Source of the DNA: Octopus vulgaris
Lineage: Eukaryota
Assembly (NCBI GenBank): GCA_951406725.2
Contig: OX597822.1
Span: 33,418,001-33,482,000, forward strand
Direction: 5' to 3'
DNA: 64,000 nucleotides
Shown: in pieces, positions 24,757 to 36,566 of the stretch
How positions within the stretch are numbered: position 1 is the stretch's first letter
How the letters are laid out: each line of letters opens with the position of its first letter
Program-made: the position numbers and the translations under genes
Notes under the pieces: model-generated
The model's input: only the letters and a program-made list of their open reading frames with translations
Told to the model about the DNA's origin: nothing
Database searches by the model: none

Positions 24757-24990
24757 ACCTATTTCTTTACTACCCACAAGGGGCTAAACACAGAGAGGAC
24801 AAACAAGGACAGACAAACGGATTAAGTCGATTACATCGACCCCAGCGCATAACTGGTACTTAATTTATCGACCCCAAAAGGATGAAAGGCAAAGTCGACC
24901 TCGGCGGAATTTGAACTCAGAACATAACAGCAGACGAAATACGGCTACGCATTTCGCCCGGCATGCTAACATTTCTGCCAGCTTGCCGCC
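24757..24990 (-). mobile_element. tRNA-derived SINE with Nin/Deu-like central domain (copies also ~470-690, 5745-5970, 11762-11995, 32557-32950, 46620-46826, 50810-51500, 52822-53050)
   Basis: Head GGCGGC.AGCTGGCAGAAA, B box GAGTTCAAATTCC, central GCCTTTCATCCTTT.GGGGTCGATAAATTAAGTACCAG. Confidence 0.85.
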
Positions 24991-25091
24991 TGATGGCTAG
25001 AAATATTTTATCTACTAAGGATGGGCAGTTGAACAAGTTAACAAATGAAAAGAGGGAAAAAGAAAGAAAGTAAGAAAGAAAGACAGTTTAC

Positions 25092-25203
25092 CTCTATAGC
25101 CAGTGTAACCTTTGGAAAAGTTATCATTGTTTGGTGCGATAAATGTTCCAATGATATAGGCAGACATTGATATAAGTAATATTCCCAACAATATCAACTG
25201 AGC
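25092..25203 (-). CDS. SLC12A2: NKCC1-like exon (AQLILLGILLISMSAYIIGTFI...KGYTGYR), TM5
   Basis: TTCAG acceptor, G|GTAAAC donor, 112 nt, in frame with neighbours. Confidence 0.93.
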
Positions 25204-25485
25204 CTGAATTAAGAAAAATTAGAAAAGGTTTTGTTGGCATTTGCTGTTCAGGAATTCAGAAATAAATAGAAATAGTAGCAATTCAGCTGAAAAGAAGCAT
25301 AATAACATCGGGTTTTTTAGGGGTTTTTTGTCTTTGGGGGGAGGGGGTAAACATATAAGAGTAATGAAAGCAAAACCTGAAAATGTGAACACAAATTCTG
25401 ATTGTATATGATACACACCTGTCTAACAATGTACATCTAGTGGATGGCAAGCATCTGGCAGATGAAGCACATCAAATAAGTATAC

Positions 25486-25528
<43 letters not shown>

Positions 25529-26349
25529 CGCGCATGTGCACGTCTGTTCTTATCCTTTTTTTTCCACAGTCACCCCTTATAATGCTAGAGAATCCTCAAC
25601 ACCCATCTTTCACAACCCACCCTGTTGCTTTTCTGCTTTATTGCCCCTTCTCAATAACTTATCAATCCCATCCCACTGTCCTGTCCCCTGCCATACAACC
25701 CTCCCACCTCTTCACACACACACACAATCCTGTCTTCTTACTTACCATCCCTCACCCAGCTACTTAGAATTTGATACAACCAACCTGAAGATCCCATTAG
25801 CCCACAGGTGAGTCTCAGAGTCACAAGATACTAGCTCAACCAAAATAAAATATTAATAATCTCTACCACGGTACTTAGTACTCTTGTTTTCCAGCAGACA
25901 ACACCAAACAGATATATATATCTATATCTATTTATCTATCTATCTATATATTCAATTCTATCTATATATTCAATTTGTCTCTAGTCGAAAGACGCCTGTT
26001 GTTATGTCCTGTTATTATTATTATTATTGTTTTCTTGTATTTATATTCGTATTATTTTTTGTTTTTTGTATTTATATCCATGTAACATCATCCATTTTTC
26101 TGTCCTTGTTTCATACACATTCGATACTTTTTCCGAGGAATCTAATGCTCTTAGCTTAGTTTTTCCTTGGGGCTGGCCAGATTGGAGCAATCTCAAGATT
26201 AATCAGCCGAAATCGCAAGGATGATCCAATTCTTGACTGAAGATTAAAGGCTTCGAATGACCTGTCAGTGTTTTTTGTATCGTCTATTTGGATGTTTTGC
26301 GTTCTTGTCCCATTTTGTACTTTATATATACATATATATATATATATAC

Positions 26350-26667
26350 AAATTAGGAAAAAAACACCTTTTATCAATTCAAAATGAAAAATTAAATTAC
26401 ACCATCTAGAAAATTACATATAATAAAAATATTAAATATAAGAAAAAAATAATATACCGATGATTAAGTAATGTGCAAAATAATAAATAAAATAATAAAT
26501 AAAACATATATGTTATTTATCTTTTATTTATTATTTTGCACATTACTTAATCATCGGTATATTATTTTTTATCTTATATTTAATATTTCTATTATATGTA
26601 ATTTTCTAGAAGGTGTAATTTAATTTTTCATTTTGAATTGATAAAAGGTGGGTTTTTTTCTAATTTA
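26350..26667. repeat. Near-perfect hairpin/palindrome with ~155-bp arms
   Basis: CACCTTTTATCAATTCAAAATGAAAAATTAAATTACACC and its exact reverse complement at ~26611-26650; centre near 26508. Confidence 0.88.
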
Positions 26668-26750
26668 TATATATTTTATATTTTGTGAAATTTGATTTAG
26701 TATTTCTAAATTGAATTTTTCCCAGTAAGTTTGGAATAATATTCCCTCAA

Positions 26751-26783
<33 letters not shown>

Positions 26784-27285
26784 TATGTGTGTCAAGTGAA
26801 AACAGAGTTAGCAGTTATAATAACCGACTAAGGGATAAAATATCCATATATACTATCGTTATCCATATTATCCCCAGGCATTGGTGTGCAGGCACATCAT
26901 ACAGGTAGAATGCAGGTAACACCAAGATAAACAAGAGCTTATGAGGAACCAATGCAAATAATCAGAAAATGGAGAACACCTCAGATTAACAAACATACTG
27001 ATTAAACCACATTTATAGCTTATTTTTTAAAACAAAGCATGCCCTTCCTTTTGTTTATATTGTATGCTCTTGGTATTTTACTCTGATGAAGACCCGTTGC
27101 CTTAATTTGAATGCCCTATGAAGATGAACTTTATTCTCGCATTTATTTATAGACAACATTTTGGTAACCGATTAGAAACAGCCATAAGATATGTTATGTC
27201 AGGCTTTGTATTAGGGAGTAAGCTATAAATGTGGCCCAATCAATGAGTTTGTTAATCTGAGATTTTCTCCATTTTCTGATTTTAA

Positions 27286-27335
<50 letters not shown>

Positions 27336-27418
27336 TTTACAAAAAAAACAAAAGACGAAGACAGGTGGTGTACAAAACAAACAGATGTATTAGTATAACG
27401 CTCAGGAATAGAAAAAGT

Positions 27419-27454
27419 CTTTTACGTTTCGAGCCTACGCTCTTCTACAGAAAG
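27419..27454 (-). ncRNA. Minimal hammerhead-like motif, CUGUAGA core variant (family B)
   Basis: CUUU-CUGUAGA-A-GAGC(GUAG)GCUC-GAAA-CG-UA-AAAG within a ~170-nt repeat (~27345-27500). Confidence 0.6.
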
Positions 27455-27899
27455 GGACACAGAAAAAACAAGGAGAGAAAAAAATGTGTGTAGTGGCTAA
27501 CACACACACACACACACATACATACATACACACACACACATAAATTTAAAGTGTATTCCATTAGGAATGTGACAGAGTACAAAATAGAGCTCGTTAACCC
27601 TTAGAATTACCAAATAGCCAGTAGTATTCCAAATCTAGGCTTAGTACTTATTTTCTTGGTCTCTTTTACTGAACTGCTAAGTTACAGGAATGTAAACACA
27701 CCAACACCAGTTGTTAAGTGGTAGTGAGGAGCAAACACACACACACACACACACAAACACACACACGGCGGGCTTCTTTCAGTTTCCATCAACCAAATCC
27801 AGTCACACCATACACACACACACACATACATGTGGAGGGAGGGAAGGGGGGTATGTAACAGAAAGATAGTGAGGGTTAAAAAAAAAGTAGGAGACTTAC

Positions 27900-28010
27900 C
27901 CGTGCCTCCCACTCCATACCAATGATAGCTATACCCAGCAAAAGAGTAATCGTTATCACCCCTATGATCCGGATATCGTTCACCTCATCAATTAATAAGG
28001 CATTGTTAGC
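27900..28010 (-). CDS. SLC12A2: NKCC1-like exon (ANNALLIDEVNDIRIIG...GMEWEAR), TM4
   Basis: TTGCAG acceptor, CGG|GTAAGT donor, 111 nt; NDIRIIG and GMEWEA motifs; not in the ORF track, translated by hand. Confidence 0.95.
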
Positions 28011-30293
28011 CTGCAATTAAAAAAAAAGATAATAATGATGAATAGATACAGCAAAACATGATGAAGCAGCAACAACAAAATTATCACAGACAAATTACAT
28101 TAAGTCAATAGTTAACGGATTGTTTGTTTCTGATTATAGCAAATGGATTTGCAGGACAAGCTATATTCTATTTCAGCTGTGTTCTAAAACAAAGTCTTGG
28201 ACAAATCGATGTGGAATTAATGACCATCATTGGAAACAAATTTGTGTATCTAGTGAGAATCTACTAAAACACTTAATAACAGAAAATTAAGCGATTTTAC
28301 AGTAGAATTCTGGTGTATTTATTTTGAAACCACTTTACATCAGTTAACATCTGTCCCATAATGGCTGAGCAGATACGATGCATTAAGAAATTTAGATATT
28401 TATAGATGAACGGTGGTTGGTTTTAAACCATTACTGAAGAGTGAGTTTACAAATGGTAATAACCGTGCCTGAGATAACCGTCACTGACTTCAATATTATC
28501 ACTAACATCAACAAACGGCTATAAATATGAGGAGAATATATACAGAGTCCACCAAAAATATGAATACATGCTTCAGGAAAGGAAATATCATCATCATCAT
28601 CATTATGCGTCCGCTTTCCATGCTAGCATGGTTTGGACGGTTCAACTGGGGTCTGGGAAGCCAGAAGGCTGCACAAGGCCCAGTCTGATCTGGCAATGTT
28701 TCTATGACTGGATGCCCTTCCTAACGCCAACCACTTCGTGAGTGTAGTGGGTGCTTTTTACGTGCCAGACGAGGCTGGCAAACGGCCACGATCGGATGGT
28801 GCTTTTTACATGCCACTGTATAAATATTTTAATTCAGTGTTATTGTAATTTATTCAGTGTTATTGCAATATGATAAAACACCAAAAGAAGTATTTATATT
28901 TATTGGGGTACTTATACAAGCTGAAGGCACAATGGCCCAGTAGTTAGGGCATCGGACACATGGTCGTAGGATTGCAGTTTCAATTCCCAGACCGGGCTTT
29001 GTGAGTGTTTATTGAGCAAAAACACCTAAAGCTCCACGAGGCTCCGGCAGGGGTGGGCGTGAACCCTGCTGTACTCTTTCACCACAACTTTCTCTCACTC
29101 TTTCTTCCTGCTTCTGTTGTACCTGTATTTCAAAGGGCCAGAACTACTTTAAGGGTACACATGTCTGTGGAGTACTCAGCCACTTGCACATTAATAAATG
29201 AGCTGCGACGTCACTGGTGCCAAGCTGTACCGGTCTTCACTTTTCCCTTGGATAACATCGGTGGCATGGAGAGGGGAGACTGGTATGCGTGGACGACTGC
29301 TGGTCTTCCATAAACAACCTTGCCCAAACTTGTGGCTCGGAGGATAACTTTCAAGGTGCAATCCCATGGCCATTCATGACCGAAGGGGGTTACATTATAC
29401 AAGTTAAATATTTATACAAATTTTACCTTTCTTGAAGTGTGCATACCGTTTTTTTGACAGACTCTCTAGTTAGCCAAACCAACCTTCGTACTATCTTGAT
29501 ACTTATTTTATCAATACCAGAAAATGAAAAGCAAAGTAATCCTGGCAAGATTTGATCTTAGAACATAAGGAAGTCTAACTAAATACAACAATTTATTTTT
29601 GTCTGACATTCTACCAATTCTGTTAACTAAAAGCCCTTACCAATGTAAAATCCAGAATTTTCAGATTCTATAATGACCATTGTGTGGTGGCCTTAACTAA
29701 AAACCACATAAATAAACCATGTGGATGTTTGCGTTTGGTTTGGGGCATTAACAGATGAGAGATAATCTTCCACCAGCTAAGATGTCAGTGTAATGAAAAC
29801 AGCATTCTCAGAAATTCTGATAGAGCTGACAGCAAAATAATATTAAAAAAAAAAAAAAATTACAGCACACACGAAATTACACAACAAAATGCCTAAAGCG
29901 GATTTGGTCTAAAGACTTACATAAGTGATATCTATCCACTTCACCTATTTCATTTTTGCAATTGTCAAAATGCACAAGACACTCAAACATGAATTAAGAG
30001 ACATACATCTTGCTGAGATGAAAGGGTTCAGTGAAGCAGACCAATATTAATCATACTTATTCTATGAATCCAGGAAAGATGAAAGATAAAGTTGATTGCA
30101 AAGACACTGCAATGCTGTACAATGTATTTTAATGCCAGCAACATTAAAAGAAACAATTCCTACATTTTAAAGCCTATAGCATTTAAATCATCGACAAGCA
30201 GTAAAAAGAAAACAATCATTTATTGATCTTTTGCATCTCATTTAAGGATAAAGAATTTATTTGATGTAAATAATCTAATTCTCATATATACAT

Positions 30294-30344
<51 letters not shown>

Positions 30345-30633
30345 TAGACCACTAGTATTAAATTGATATTAATCAAATTAATATTCAATTTTTCACCCTT
30401 ATTATTTTAAATTTATATATACTCTTTACTCTCTTTTACTTGTTTCAGTCACTTAACTGTGGCCATGCTGGAGCACTGCCTTTAGTCAAGCAAACCGACC
30501 CCAGGACTTATTCTTTGTAAGCCCAGTACTTATTCTATCGGTCTCTTTTGCTGAACCACTAAGTTACGGGGACGTAAACACACCGGCATTGGTTGTCAGG
30601 CGATGTTGGGGGTACAAACACAGACACACACTC

Positions 30634-30668
<35 letters not shown>

Positions 30669-31421
30669 CATACACATATACATATATACAACAGGCTTCT
30701 TTCAGTTTCCGTCTACCAAATCCACTCACAAGGCTTTGGTCGGCCCGAGGCTATAGTAGAAGACACTTGCCCAAGGTGCCATGCAGTGGGACTGAACCCA
30801 GAACTATGTGGTTCCTAAGCAAGCTACTTACCACACAGCCACTCCTATGCCTATATATATATATATGATAAATTAGAATTCAAGGACACTGGTGGTGGTC
30901 TGTGTCAGTAAGTTTTGTATTATTAGGAAAAAATGGCTGAAAGAGTTACAAGTTTCACAAACATAGAGAGTGTAAAATTCTTGTTTTCTCTCTTTTATTT
31001 CTCTCCTGCTCTAAACATTGGATACTTCACTGTAATGTTTGAATGAACTGTCTGGGTGTAGATTTGCTCAACAAATACATCTATACATCTTTAAACATCG
31101 CTCAGAGAAAGTGAAACAAAAACTGACCAATCAGATTTCAGCTTTTATTTCTTTTCATTTTTTTTTTTTTTTTAATTTTTAAAGAACTGCTGAGTCTAAT
31201 GTTCAAAATAGTAACCAATTAACAACAACAACAGCAGCAGCAGCAACAACAGCATCCTTAAAAGTTCATTATCATATTCTAAATATTGGAAGGGATCGAT
31301 GGTGTTTTCATGTATCTACTTGACATTATTTTTATCTTCATCAACACTGTGTACGATTTTAATAACGAGAAACTATAGAGAGAGGAAAAGGTCATGAACG
31401 AAAATTATTTCATTTACTTAC

Positions 31422-31561
31422 TTTCAATAAATCTCTCACAGTCTCAGCAAATCCTACTACATACATAGCTATTGCAACAGCATTGGCAATAGAAAACACT
31501 ATACCAATAGCACCACCAAACTCAGGCCCAAGACTTCTGGATATCAAATAATAAGCACCAC
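31422..31561 (-). CDS. SLC12A2: NKCC1-like exon ([20 protein letters not shown]...[11 protein letters not shown]), TM3
   Basis: CCAG acceptor, AAA|GTAAGT donor, 140 nt; SLC12 signature [14 protein letters not shown]. Confidence 0.96.
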
Positions 31562-31699
31562 CTGGAAGGAAACGAGAGAATAGCAATGATTTCATGCAAG
31601 AAGAATATTTCTCAGCATCTTTTACATCAGTTTCTCACTTTTATGCAAAACAGGGGTTCCAACCTAACAGAGGACCCACACCTTCGGGGGTTTTTAAGG

Positions 31700-32425
31700 T
31701 ACTTAATTACTTGTACTTGCGGCGGCATTCACCCTGGGCGGGTTGAGTCGGCTTCTTCTACCACCCTCGAGGCATCTTGAACCATGGCAGCCCAAGCACA
31801 AAGGTCCTGCGCCAGTTCACTGGAGATAGCGAGCCAGTCACGGTTCCATTGGTGCAAGCTGATGTTGCCATTGTATTTGCCATTGAGAATTCATGGAAGA
31901 TGTTTCGTGGGAATATGTGGATTTCACAAGTGGTCCCCAACAATCCCGCATGTAGAGACATCCTGTTTGCCACAGATTGTCCGCAGACGCAGGGACAAAA
32001 TGACCGAGGAGCCACCGGTTACCGAAACAGACACTCTGAGGATTTTCACCATTGGCAGAAAGGAGCGACGAGAACATCCCTTCCAGACGGTCACCTATAC
32101 TGATCAGCAACAACCCTATGTACGAGCGAGCGAAGGCGGACGTCAAGAGGCGGGCAAACGCGGGTGTCAACAGGTGGGCGAAGGCGAGCGAATGCAGCAG
32201 CGTCTGAAAGGCAGGCGAAGTGACGGCGGAGATTTGGGGACGCACCAGCTGGGTAGTGTCGATCTTGCACTGGTAAGCTGGGTTGTGGTCCCAATACCAC
32301 TCAGTGTCAGACCAATCCGCCTTGGGTGGCCCTACCAGGAACTGAAGTTCCCGACGGCACAGCTCTGACACTACCTGTTGCCAACGTCCCCACCATGGTG
32401 AGGAGGGGATGGACTTTGGGTGACA
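31700..32425 (-). mobile_element. Internally deleted RTE-clade LINE
   Basis: GC/CpG-rich island; minus-strand end translates as WNRDWLAISSELAQDLCAWAAMVQDA...STRPG* followed by a CAAGTA-repeat tail, typical of RTE 3' ends. Confidence 0.6.
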
Positions 32426-33222
32426 TTTTATGAATGGAGTTACAAAGAGGGAATCATTTATTTCATTAAAATCAACTAACATTTTCATCTTTAAACTTTT
32501 TATTACTATTAGTTCAGTTGAAACACTGTTTTTGGTTCAATTGATTTTCAAAACAATCCTTTCTACTGTAGGCACAAGGCCTGAAACTATAGGGGAGGGA
32601 GCTAGCTGATAACATCAACCCTAGTGCTTGACTGGTACTTATTTAAGTGACCCTGAAAGGATGAAAGGCAAAGTCTACCTCAGTGGAATTTGAACTCAGA
32701 ATGTAAAACCAGATAAATGCCATAAAGTATTTTGTCTGGCATGCTAAACATAATAATCCTTTCATTTATAGGCACAAGACTTGAAATTTTAGGAAAGAGG
32801 TCAAACTAATTACAATTTCCCCAGTACTTAATTTATTAAGGATGAAAGGCAAAGTCAACTGTGGCAGAATTTGAACTCAGAGTGTAGAGACAGACAAAAT
32901 GCCACTAAGTGCTTTGTCTAGTATGATAATGATTCTGCCAGCTTGCCACTTTACTAATTTTCAAAATAATAAGGGACAAATTATACAGCCTTGAATTGAC
33001 CGTTGGAACTATTAGATAAAAACTATTTCAAAGCCTGTCACACAATTGCATGCATGGGTGTGCAGGGCTAATCTTAGCAACATAACAGCCCCCCAAGTAA
33101 ATTAATACACTGAGCCCTATATTATTTATATACTGACAGCAAGCCACAACATATATAGATTAGAACTGGGTCCTCTGACTCATGAGGCTCTTAGGTATCT
33201 GCCCAATATGCTTATGCCTTAA

Positions 33223-33442
33223 CCCTTTAGTATTCAGATTACTCTGTTAATGTAATATTTTTTTTACTCAAATTGTTTTGAATTAATCAAGCATCATCTT
33301 ATAGCTTTGGTGTTTCAATAATGTGATTGTCTATCATAAGAATGTCAATGTAGGTTAGGTGTGAGAGGCTAGATATCGCCAGTTTGAATATAAAACATAT
33401 AGAATAGTTGGGCCGGATATGGCCGGTTTAAGCACTAAAAGG
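33223..33442. mobile_element. piggyBac-like MITE (other copies ~12862-13079, ~14427-14643, partial ~36420-36560)
   Basis: TTAA on both sides, termini CCCTTTAG...CTAAAAGG, shared internal GAATGACATTGTAGGGTAGGTGTGAGAGGCT-like motif. Confidence 0.65.
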
Positions 33443-33724
33443 TTAAGACAGCACTGTATGTATGAGAGAGAGAAAGTGAGTGTATGTGTGAGAGTAAGTT
33501 TGTTTGTATGTGTGAACACTGATTTTGTGTGCCCTTCATTAAACTCTGAGTATAGGGTAGTGATGTTGTTGATGTGCACCAACAAATAAAGTTTTAGCTG
33601 TCCAGCTACATGTGATGACCAGTGGAATAATGAAAGTGCTGCAACAGCAATGCAAGGTGCTAAAAAGAGAAAATGAAAGTAATAAGTAACGTGTTAGCAG
33701 CAGAAAGGGATCTGCTGACCTTAC

Positions 33725-33896
33725 CTCCTTTCACTTCTCCATTGGTGCAAATGGCTGACATGGATAAGGTGGTAATCGTTGTCACAACAGCAGCCAGCAA
33801 TATGACCACCGTAGAGAGTCCAATGCCAGCTTGACCAACCACCCATGACAGACGCAGAAACAGCATCACACCCCAGATGTTGAGCAGACATCGTAC
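33725..33896 (-). CDS. SLC12A2: NKCC1-like exon ([18 protein letters not shown]...[10 protein letters not shown]), TM1-TM2
   Basis: TTAG acceptor, G|GTAAGG donor, 172 nt; hallmark SLC12 motif [12 protein letters not shown]. Confidence 0.96.
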
Positions 33897-34829
33897 CTAA
33901 GAATACATCAATCGATATATACAAAAGACATCAAAGAAAGAAAGAAATGAAACAAACAAAGGAAGAAAGACAGAAAGCAGAGTTTCAAATTTTGACACAA
34001 GGCCAGCATTTTGGAAGAGGGGACCAAGTCCATTACATCAACCGTAATACTTGACAGGTACTTTATTTTATCAACCTAGAAAAAATGAAAGGCAGAGCTC
34101 ACTTCAGCAGAATTTGAACTCAGGGGTTAGCATCGACCATATTCGTATAACACTGGTAGCCTGGAGAGGAGAGGCTGGTATGCATGGGCAACTGATGGCT
34201 CAGTGGTTAGAGCGTCAAGCTTATGATCGTGAGGTTGTAAGTTTGAATCCCGGACTGGGCTACGTGTTGTGTTCTTGAGCAAGACACTTTATTTCACGTT
34301 GCTCCAGTTGACTCAACTGTAGAAATGAGTTGTGATGTCACAGGTGCCAAGCTGTATCAGTCCTTGCTTTTCCCTTGGATAACACTGGTAGCATGGAGAG
34401 GGGAGATCGGTATGCATGGGCGACTGCTGGTCTACCATAAACAACTTTGCCTGAACTTGTACCTCAGAGGGTAACTTTCTAGGTGCAATCCCATGGTCAT
34501 TCATGACCGAAGGGGATCTCCCTGGTCTTCCCCTACGTCTCCTGCTAGTTGACTCAAATTCAAGAATCTGCCTTGCGATGCTTCCTCGCAACATTTTAAT
34601 CACATGCCCATGATACCAGAGTAGTGAAGTGGCAGCTCAACCTGGAGAGACTCTCTGACCTTTGAATTATGAACTCTGTTATTAAATATAATGAAAAAGC
34701 CTTAAACGAAATAGAAAGAAATAAAAATTTGAATTCCAGAAGGAAATTAAAAAATACTAAAAATATTGGATTGCAGGAAATCAAATAAAATTTAATAAAC
34801 AGGGATAAAAAAAAAAGAATTACGCTTAC

Positions 34830-34961
34830 CAAAACGCCTTTTATCCATCCGAACTTGGTGGCAGCTTGAGGTGCACTTGAAGAAGCAGTAGTAACCTCTT
34901 TACCCCCTCTCTCTTCATCTGGCAATAATGGAGCAGCAACTTTGTTTTTCTGCTCATCATC
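34830..34961 (-). CDS. SLC12A2: NKCC1-like cation-chloride cotransporter, exon (DDEQKNKV...KFGWIKGVL)
   Basis: TGCAG acceptor, TTG|GTAAGC donor, 132 nt, phase 0/0; KFGWIKGVL is the conserved start of TM1 in NKCC/NCC proteins. Confidence 0.93.
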
Positions 34962-35058
34962 CTGCAATAAGGCAAACACAAAATTACATGTCTATGTATG
35001 TATATTGAAAAAGTGCATATATGTGCATGTGCATTTGTAAGTTTTTGCATGTACATTT

Positions 35059-35089
<31 letters not shown>

Positions 35090-35429
35090 GAATGGATGGG
35101 TGGATACACATATATGTATACGTACATATATATGCATATACTTACATATTTAATTCCATAACAGCTACCTCGGATGAGTGCAGGGTTACATAATCAGACT
35201 ATTAGCTAACACTCCGTTGAACCCCTAGTGTGAAACCCATTTGTAACAGGCTATGATGGATATGTAATACTGTACACTTCAATTAATATGTGTGTGTGTA
35301 TGCATATATACATGTATCTATGTATATATATAACAGGAAGCTTTATGAAAATAAACAAAAGACGAAGGCAGGTGGAATACAAACAAACAATTGTATTAGT
35401 ATGGCGCTCAGGAATATAAATAAAACAAG

Positions 35430-35467
35430 TCTTTTACGTTTCGAGCCTACGCTCTTCAACAGTAAGA
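35430..35467 (-). ncRNA. Minimal hammerhead-like motif, CUGUUGA core variant (family B)
   Basis: UCUUA-CUGUUGA-A-GAGC(GUAG)GCUC-GAAA-CG-UA-AAAGA within a repeat at ~35335-35528. Confidence 0.55.
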
Positions 35468-35527
35468 TACACAGAAAAGTAACACGCGGAGAAAAAAATG
35501 CGTGCAGAAGCTAGCGAATCAACATGG

Positions 35528-35604
<77 letters not shown>

Positions 35605-35740
35605 TGTGTGTACACACACATATATTTTTTAGGAGAAATAAGGTACTAAAAAATCTGGATGGTTTTATATTTACAAATATTTATTAATATGTCGCATGTT
35701 TTTATAAATCATATATTAGCGCTTGCTAAAATTTCCCCAA

Positions 35741-35786
35741 GACACCTGATGAAGGCTGGAGGGTATATCAGTTGAAACGTTGTGTT
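35741..35786 (+). ncRNA. Minimal type I hammerhead ribozyme motif (family A, best-preserved copy)
   Basis: GACAC-CUGAUGA-A-GGCUG(loop)CAGUU-GAAA-CG-UU-GUGUU: helix I GACAC/GUGUU, helix II, palindromic ACGU in place of helix III. Confidence 0.7.
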
Positions 35787-36566
35787 AACAACAAACAAGA
35801 TGAGGCAAAATATCCGTCAAATGTAAATAATGTAAATAATGTACAGAAACTACAGTATTAGAGATTTTATTTTTTGATATGTCAAGCCAATTTATTCCAT
35901 TCCTCGTTTGAACTAGTTTCAAACAATGATTATAGAATTATGATTTAATGGTACGTAGAAATATCAAGGCTTGTTTGATTATGATAATTAACTAATTCTT
36001 TCACTCTATTTATTCCAGTACTTTGAATATGTTTGTGCTTGTTGTGTGTGTATGTCTATGTCTGTAGAATTACTCAGTCAATGCTTATTCTTCGTTCTGC
36101 AAGTGTTCATTATTCTCAAAGAAATTGATTAAAAACAACATATAATGAAAGCAAAGAGAAATATAAACAAAGGAAACATTAGATGACAAGCGATGAAAGA
36201 AAGAAGAGACGAGAGACGAATCGAGAGAGAGAGAGAGAGGGAGAAAGACTGGTTGTATATGTGTTAGGAGAACAGAAGCCATATTATATAAGGTCAGAAG
36301 CACCAGCAAACCAACAATCATAACACAAGCCAGTGTTTTGACAACTGAAGAATCCTTAATAAAGATGACAAAGTATGGAGAAAGCAATTTAAAGTCAAAC
36401 ATCAGAAGTTAAAACGCTAACCTTTTACCATTTAAACTGGCCACAGCTGGACCAAATCTTCTAACTGCTTTAAATGCAAACTGGCCAGATCCAGCCTCTC
36501 GCACCTACTCTACAATGTCATTCTAAAAACAAACAGTCACATCTTCAAAATCTTGATACTATGATA

